Part shown: in pieces, positions 56,635-64,000 of the stretch | How the letters are laid out: each line of letters begins with the position of its first letter | Numbering within the stretch: the stretch's first letter is position 1 | Assembly (NCBI GenBank): GCA_030141605.1 | Contig: JAQGDQ010000421.1 | Location: 138,693-202,692, forward strand | DNA from: Tubiluchus corallicola | Taxonomy: Eukaryota > Animalia > Priapulida | Length of the DNA: 64,000 nt | Direction: 5' to 3' | Made by a program: the position numbers and the translations under genes | Notes under the pieces: generated by a model | What the model saw: the letters and a program-made list of their open reading frames with translations, nothing else | The model's database searches: none | What the model was told of the DNA's origin: nothing

Positions 56635-58539
56635 ACTAGATCCCATGACAATCTCGCTACAATACTATTGTATTGTATAAACGTAATGATATATGTAGAA
56701 TGAATATTTATTGTTATTATTATTATTATTATTTTGTTGTGAAGTATAACCTGGACTATTGTCAATAAACTACTATTATTACTACTAATAATAAACTACT
56801 GTGATTTAAGATAACAGTGTGAATTGCCTGAGGTGGGCAGGGCATAAAAATGCTTCAGTATTATTTGAAATTCGTTTATGTTTGCTAGACAGAAGATAAA
56901 GGTGAAATAACTTCGTAAGAAATAGTTATTGACTTCCTTAGGCACCTGTACGATATTATATATATTGCGTTGTGCACCATTATGCCCATAGTAAATGAAC
57001 CTTTATGCCTTGCAGCACTCGGTTATGATTGTAGCGTTTTCATCCTTTTTATAAGGTTTGCTTTGTCCAAAGTTTAATTTTGTCCGTTTGCTTTGTTATT
57101 CAGCCTCATCCTATAATCCTTAGTAATAAGTGCAAGTGACAAGAAGCCCAAAGCTTTGCAAAATGTCAATTTTGCACTGATTAATATGGTCGTTCCACAC
57201 CATTTTTTTTCCACAGGTGATGAAAGAACTAGAAGCAAAATACTGTGATTACTTCGCTGAATGACAGTTCACGAAACGCTGCAATAGACCAGAAGCTTCG
57301 TAATGGCATTATGTGCTACAAATTCTGCAACTGATTCAGAAACTATAAAACTATGCTTTGTCTTAATTAGTGGATTGAACCCTCATGTCGGAGGTATTGC
57401 AAACAAATATTTCCGCTTCAAGTCTGCACTGTTTTCATCCTTTCTTCTTTTTCTAACATATCTGATTAAGCAGCATTGTGGTGTCGCTTGTTTCTCTTAT
57501 ACAAACAACCTTGATTAATTTTTCAATTAATCGAATGAATCATTCACACCACTGATTGCTTAAAGACAATTGATTTTGACATTCGTTCAATTGCCCGACT
57601 CCGAGAGCTTAGGTCAAGTTGATAGGGCTATGATGACGTCCCACACAACTGAAACCACGAAATATTGCGTTGTGAATATAGATCTTTGTCTTTCGAGTTA
57701 TTTTAGCTGGCTCCCGCAATGAGCCTTACAGTGTGAATATATCAAGTTCGATCAAGGATTTAGTGTCTTGACGATTGTGAGCCTTAAGTAACTCTTTAAA
57801 CACTAAACAACTCGATATTTACGTTAAATTTAAGAATGGTTTATTGTAATTAAATTTACAATGCAGATTAAAGTTCTAAGATAAGTACAAAGCTTTTCTT
57901 ATGCGCTGATGGGCGCTTACAATTAACGCTCTAATCCAAAGAGATGATTCTAATCATGAAATACTTCACAAGTTGTAATGTTTGCACTTATGGTGCTAAA
58001 GTTACTCTGTTATTACAATCCACATAAACTGTTACAGCATCAGAGAATAAAGTAAAACTATGCATTTTATATACGCTAATTGGCACCGTAACTCTTTAAG
58101 TAGTCGGTGTCTCTTTTAATCTTCTACTTTCACGTTCACCAACCTCTGACACCTGAACTCATTAAATTCAAGGTACAAGCTGAGTGAGTCAGTTATAATC
58201 AAATTGTACGGTCTTCATTATCAGACCAAGGAGGAGTATATTATCTCCGAAATCTTCCGAAATAATTTAATTCTCCCAATTAACTTCCAATTAATTTCTC
58301 ATTCTAAATTTGATTCACAACAGTGAATCATAGCAATATCTTTGCATTAGTGTAGAGTATGTTGGCACAATTTTACGATTGCTTTTAAAAACGATTTTGT
58401 AGCTCTATTTACAATTAGTATGATTTTGTGATTTTATAATGATTGTACATGTAAATGTAAGTTATAACAGACTTTTAATTGTAACGCGCATCGCGATTAC
58501 GTGCTGTAATGCACTATACAAATAATAAATTATTATTGT

Positions 58540-58540
<1 letters not shown>

Positions 58541-58609
<69 letters not shown>

Positions 58610-58610
58610 C

Positions 58611-58647
<37 letters not shown>

Positions 58648-59580
58648 CCGCACAGCACCACACCATAACACCACACTGCACCACACCACCCACCCACCTA
58701 CACACCACACCACCCACACCATACCACTCCACCACATCACACCACACCGCACCACACCATACCACCATACCACCTACACACCACACCACCCACACCATAC
58801 CACTCCACCACATCACACCACACTGCACCACACCCTACCACTGCACCACCCACACACCACACCACCCACACCATAATACTCCACCACATCACACCGCACA
58901 GCACCACACCATAACACCACACTGCACCACACCGCACAGCACCACACCATAACACCACACTGCACCACACCACCCACCAACCTACACACCACACTGCACC
59001 ACACCATACCACTGCACCGCACCACCCACACACCACAACACACCACCCACACCATAATACTCCACCACATCACACCGCACAGCACCACACCATAACACCA
59101 CACTGCACCACACCACCCACACCATAATACTCCACCACATCACACCGCACAGCACCACACCATAACACCACACTGCACCACACCACCCACCCACCTACAC
59201 ACCACACCACCCACACCATACCACTCCACCACATCACACCCCACCGCACCACAACATACCACTGCAGCACACCGCACGACCCACATACCACACCACACCA
59301 ACCACGCCATACGACTCCACCACATCACACCACACTGCACCACACCATACCACTGCACCACACCACACTGCACCACACCATAATACTCCACCACATCACA
59401 CCAAACTGCACCACACCATAACACCACACTGCACCACAACACACACCCACCCACACACCACGCCACACAGTCCATACCACACTACCCACACCACACCCCA
59501 CACACCCTATCACCACACCACACCATCCATAGCACAACACACAAAGCACACCACCACCACACCACATCAAATCCACCACC
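58541..59580. repeat. (AAT)n followed by a CACCA/CACAC pentamer-based minisatellite (Helitron copy 1)
   Basis: Read directly. The sequence just before (AAT)n (tgtaacgcgcat...aatgcactatacaaat) resembles an L2-type 3' tail. Confidence 0.9.
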
Positions 59581-60556
59581 TCACGTGGTGATCATGATGT
59601 TGATGATGATGATGGTGGCAACAATGACAACACCTTTAGCACAAGCACCAACAGCACAGCATTACAACAAAACCATTCCAAACATTTTTCACAAAGTTGA
59701 AACTATGTGCTATAATATAATAAATAGCAAAGGCCCCGCAAAAGATTTTGCGTATAAATACACGTGTAATCAATAATACGCGAACATCCTACCTAGTCCA
59801 CATTTATAACACAAAGCCCGTAACATCGTGCCTACCGTTTGTTTAACTAACGCAAAGCCTGTAGCTTTTTGCTGAATTAAAGTTAACAGAGTACAATGGA
59901 TGACGTCACAACAATGCCTTTGCGTCAGCAGTTTTCTAAGCGAAAATTGCCGAAAATAGAACTCCTAACTAACTCGTTGATACTCCTCTCGGTGGACCTG
60001 CCCTAACATATAGCCCACATCATCGTGTAGCCCTGTCCTTCCTCTTTCTAAAGAGCTATATATCTCCTTCCGAGAGTCCCACCGGGCGACGCTAGAACGT
60101 TTTTCCCGCATGCTGTTTGGTCAAAATTTCGAAAAAATCGCGAGTTGGGTCCGGGAAAACGCCCGTTACGGGACACCGTGGCCCTCTCGCGAATTCTAAA
60201 TATGCCTACTACACCCACCGCTGAACGGGCTATCTATCCAGCACCCAGCACCACCCTCGGCCCGTTCCCGTTCTCTACATCTCAGCCGTATAACTTTTGC
60301 AAAAAACGGCCGAAAAATGGCCATTTTTGGAGGTTTTTCGCCTCCCGTTCCTCCCGGTGGGCCCCATTCGAAAAATAAACCATCAATGAGACGACACTAG
60401 ATCGAGACCTTTCGTTTGATATATAGATCGCCGCAAATGGTGCCCTCGTCTGGGCTGTAGCCTCGAATCTTATATATATATAAATAAATATATATACCAA
60501 GAATATTAATATAAGAGACTAGCCAAACCCCACAAAAAGAATTTTGTGCACAAATC

Positions 60557-61550
60557 AACACACAACCCACACCACTCCACCTCATCACACCACACTGCAC
60601 CACACCATACCACTCCACCTCATCGCACCACACAATACCACCACACCGCACCGCACCACACCATACCACCTACACACCACACCACCCACACCATACCACT
60701 CCACCACATCACACCACACTATACCACTGCACCACCCACACACCACACCACCCACACCATAATACTCCACCACATCACACCGCACAGCACCACGCCATAA
60801 CACCACACTGCACCACACCAATCACCCACCTACACACCATACCACTCCACCACATCACACCGCACCACACCATACCATACCACTCCACCTCATCACACCA
60901 CACTGCACCACACAATACCACCACACCGCACCACACCATACCACCTACACACCACACCACCCACACCATACCACTCCACCACATCACACCACACTGCACC
61001 ACACCATACCACTGCACCACCCACACACCACACCACACCACCCACACACCACACCACCCACACCATAATACTCCACCACATCACACCGCACAGCACCACA
61101 CCATAACACCATACCACTCCACCACACTGCACCACACCATACCACTGCACCACCCACACACCACACACACCATAATACTCCACCACATCACACCGCACAG
61201 CACCACACCATACCACTTCAGCACACCGCACCACCCACACACCACACCACACCACCCACACCATACGACTCCACCACATCACACCACACCATACCACTGC
61301 ACCACACCACATCGCACCACCCACACACCACACCACACCACCCACACCATAATACTCCACCACATCACACCACACTGCACCACACCATAACACCACACTG
61401 CACCACAACACCCACCCACCCACACACCACGCCACCCACTCCATACCACACTACCCACACCACACCCCACATGCCCTATCACCCCACCACACCATCCATA
61501 GCACAACACACAAAGCACACCACCACCACACCACATCAAATCCACCACCT
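60557..61550. repeat. CACCA/CACAC minisatellite (Helitron copy 2)
   Basis: Read directly; same modules as 58645-59580 in a different order. Confidence 0.9.
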
Positions 61551-64000
61551 CACGTGGTGATCATGATGTTGATGATGATGATGATGATGGTGGCAACGAT
61601 GACAACACCTATAGCACAAGCACCAACAGCACAGCATTACTACAAAACCATTCCAAACATTTTTCACAAAGTTGAAACTATGTGCTATAATATAATAAAT
61701 AGCAAAGGTCCCGCAAAAGATTTTGCGTAAAAAACCACGTATAATCAATAACACGCGAACATTCTACCTAGTCCTCATTTATTACGCAAAGCCCGTAACA
61801 TCCTGCCTACTGTATGTTTACTTACCTAACGCAAAGCAGCAGCTTTTACTGAATTAAAGCTATAAGATTATAGACAGAATACAATGGATGACGTCACAAC
61901 AATGCCTTTGCGTCAGCAATTTTCTAAGCGAAAATTGTCGAAAATAGAACATCCAATTAACTCCTCGGTACTCCTCTCGGTGGACCTGCCCTAAAATGTA
62001 GCCTACATCATCGTGTAGCCCTGTCCTTCCTCTTTCTAAAGAGCTATATATCTCCTTCCTAGAGTCCCACTGGGCGACGCTAGAACGTTTTTTCCGCATG
62101 CTGTTTGGTCAAAATTTCGAAAAAATCGCGAGTTGGGTCCGCGAAAACGCCCGTTACGGGACACCGTGGCCCTCTTGGGAATTCTAAATAGGCCTACTAC
62201 ACCCACCGCTGAACGGGCTATCTATCCATACCCAGCACCCCCCTCGGCCCGTTCCCGTTCTCTACATCTCAGCCGTATAACTTTTGCAAAAAACGGCCGA
62301 AAAATGGCCATTTTTGGAGGTTTTTCGCCCCCCGTTCCTCCCGGTGGGCCCGATTCGAAAAATAAACCATCAATGGCACGACACTAGATCGAGACCTTTC
62401 GTTTGATATATAGATCGCCGCAAATGGTGCCCTCGTCCGGGCTGTAGCCTCGAATCTTATATATATATATAAATAAATAAATATATATATATATATACCA
62501 AGAATATTAATATAAGAGAAGAATTGTCTCATAAAGGTTTGGGCAGACATTGGTTCAAATTTTCCCATTGTCTGTATTTAGTGATATTAAGGTATTACAG
62601 TAGGCACAGTGTATTAGACTCATGGTAATGTAGAATTAAGCGTCTAAAAATCGGCTTCCCAAAAATATAAGTGATTCAGAAAATGTAAATTCATTTCAAT
62701 CAAGTTGACAGTGCACTTTTTAAACTTGTAGTTATTTCTAGAGTATCAACGAATATTTCACTAAACAAAAAATAAAAATAAATAAGAAATGTAAGGAATA
62801 ATAACGTAGTCTAATGTAATCATTTGTGGCCATATTCATTAAAGTTGTTCGAACAATTTTTTTAAAACTTTGTGTGAAGTTTTTCTGAATCCAACTTACG
62901 AAATTTCACAGAAAGCTTTTAAATATCTGTGTACAAAAATTCTTATGAACATTTTAATGAATCTTGTTCCTGAAGTGCATACGACAACAAGAATTTTGTT
63001 TCATAGTTAAGAAAACTCACTCATAACAGATAGCATTAGAATGATACACATAAGTTTTAGAGATTTAATTGCAGCTGAATGATAAAAATTGATCATATAA
63101 AAATATCCCGAAAGGTGAAGCTAAGCCTTTTGTTTATTGATATAATATTAATAAAACAATAATTGCCAAACTATATAGTGTGATTGAAATGCCACTCGAA
63201 AATTTTGTAGATTGGTTACTAGCGTTTTATTTTGTTGCTGTGTGTTTTATGTAGAGCTACCAAGATTACCAAAATACAACACAGCATTCATGCAGGCCAT
63301 GGAATTCCAGCAAAGGACTGCTTTTGATAACTTAGCGATATTCAATGCCACATATTTTTTCTGCTACAGAATTGCGACATAGATAGCGAAATTAAGGCAG
63401 GTCAATATCATACCAGGAAGTGTATAGACGATGGATGCTTTAGGATGTTACAATAGGGATTTAGTAAGCTGTTGCTCTAATTAAGTAGTGCCACATTACA
63501 TCTTACTGCTGTTACATTATGATGCAATGCATATTAGTAAAACATGTACCAGACCAGCAATTTATACTAGCTATAACTCGTACACGCTTTACTAATATAC
63601 ATTGCCTCATAATCTGCAAGCTTATACGTATAACAGCAATAGGATACTATAATTTGACTCTATAGGATACTATGAGGTACTATAATTAGCGTGACAGCTT
63701 ACTAAATCATTATTTTAATATTTTGTGATTCTTGCAGTCCACAAAAATTTAGTTTTAATGATTGAATTGCGAAACTGTGATTGATTTATTTAACTCAGCA
63801 TAAATTGTGAGTTTGTCATCTGTTAATGAATAGTACTACTGTGCTATGTCCATTGTAATTGTGCAAGATATATGGTCTACTGCTTATTCTGCAAATGTTC
63901 TATAGAGTAATTATTATACTACTCAACTATATTAGATATGCACTAACAAAAGGCTTTAAGTAATTAATACATCAATAACAAAAATATCTTTTTTTAGTTA

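Larger units (their letters stand above)
56636..62519 (-). mobile_element. Compound head-to-tail non-autonomous Helitron insertion (56636-60518 and 60519-62519)
   Basis: Minus-strand 5' ends TCTCTTATATTAAT at 62519 and 60518. 3' ends are hairpin + CTAG at 60522-60519 (cacaaaa/ttttgtg) and at 56639-56636 (tacaatac-tatt-gtattgta, 56658-56677). Shared ~1.1-kb block at ~59440-60518 and ~61420-62519. Confidence 0.8.

Noticed and set aside
58509-61548. Many W/C/G/V-rich or H/T/P-rich ORFs
   Set aside because: Translations of the CACCA minisatellite inside a non-autonomous element. Not a telomere either: internal, irregular and bounded by Helitron termini.
60145-62568. Duplicated 72-99 aa ORFs (MGPGKRPLRDT... 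/ MGPRKRPLRDT...)
   Set aside because: Part of the duplicated Helitron block; the two copies are frameshifted relative to each other and have non-ATG starts.
56081-64000. Missing 5' exons of UBE4A
   Set aside because: No segment with recognisable UBE4A N-terminal similarity and suitable splice sites was found. They probably lie beyond the window, though a short diverged exon could have been missed.

Overview
AT-rich, intron-rich animal (invertebrate, probably protostome) genomic DNA, not a prokaryotic window. Three spliced protein-coding genes can be rebuilt by hand with consistent splice phases. (1) A complete neprilysin-1-like M13 zinc metallopeptidase on + (21 coding exons, 8803-38161, 761 aa). 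(2) A chaoptin-like gene on - nested entirely inside neprilysin's 11.5-kb intron 14 (4 coding exons, 28240-21741, 1552 aa). Its layout is signal peptide, about 30 LRRs, LRRCT, a 17 x 20-aa Thr/Pro tandem-repeat stalk, FN3 and a hydrophobic C-terminus with almost no cytoplasmic tail. (3) The 3' 14 exons of UBE4A (U-box E4 ubiquitin ligase) on - (56080-43687), with one GC-AG intron and a displaced, stop-containing copy of one of its own exons. Introns and intergenic DNA hold microsatellites, MITEs (Tc1/mariner-, pogo- and hAT-type), non-LTR retroelement remnants, a probable solo LTR, and head-to-tail tandem Helitron-like elements. Family assignments come from recognised motifs; no database search was possible.
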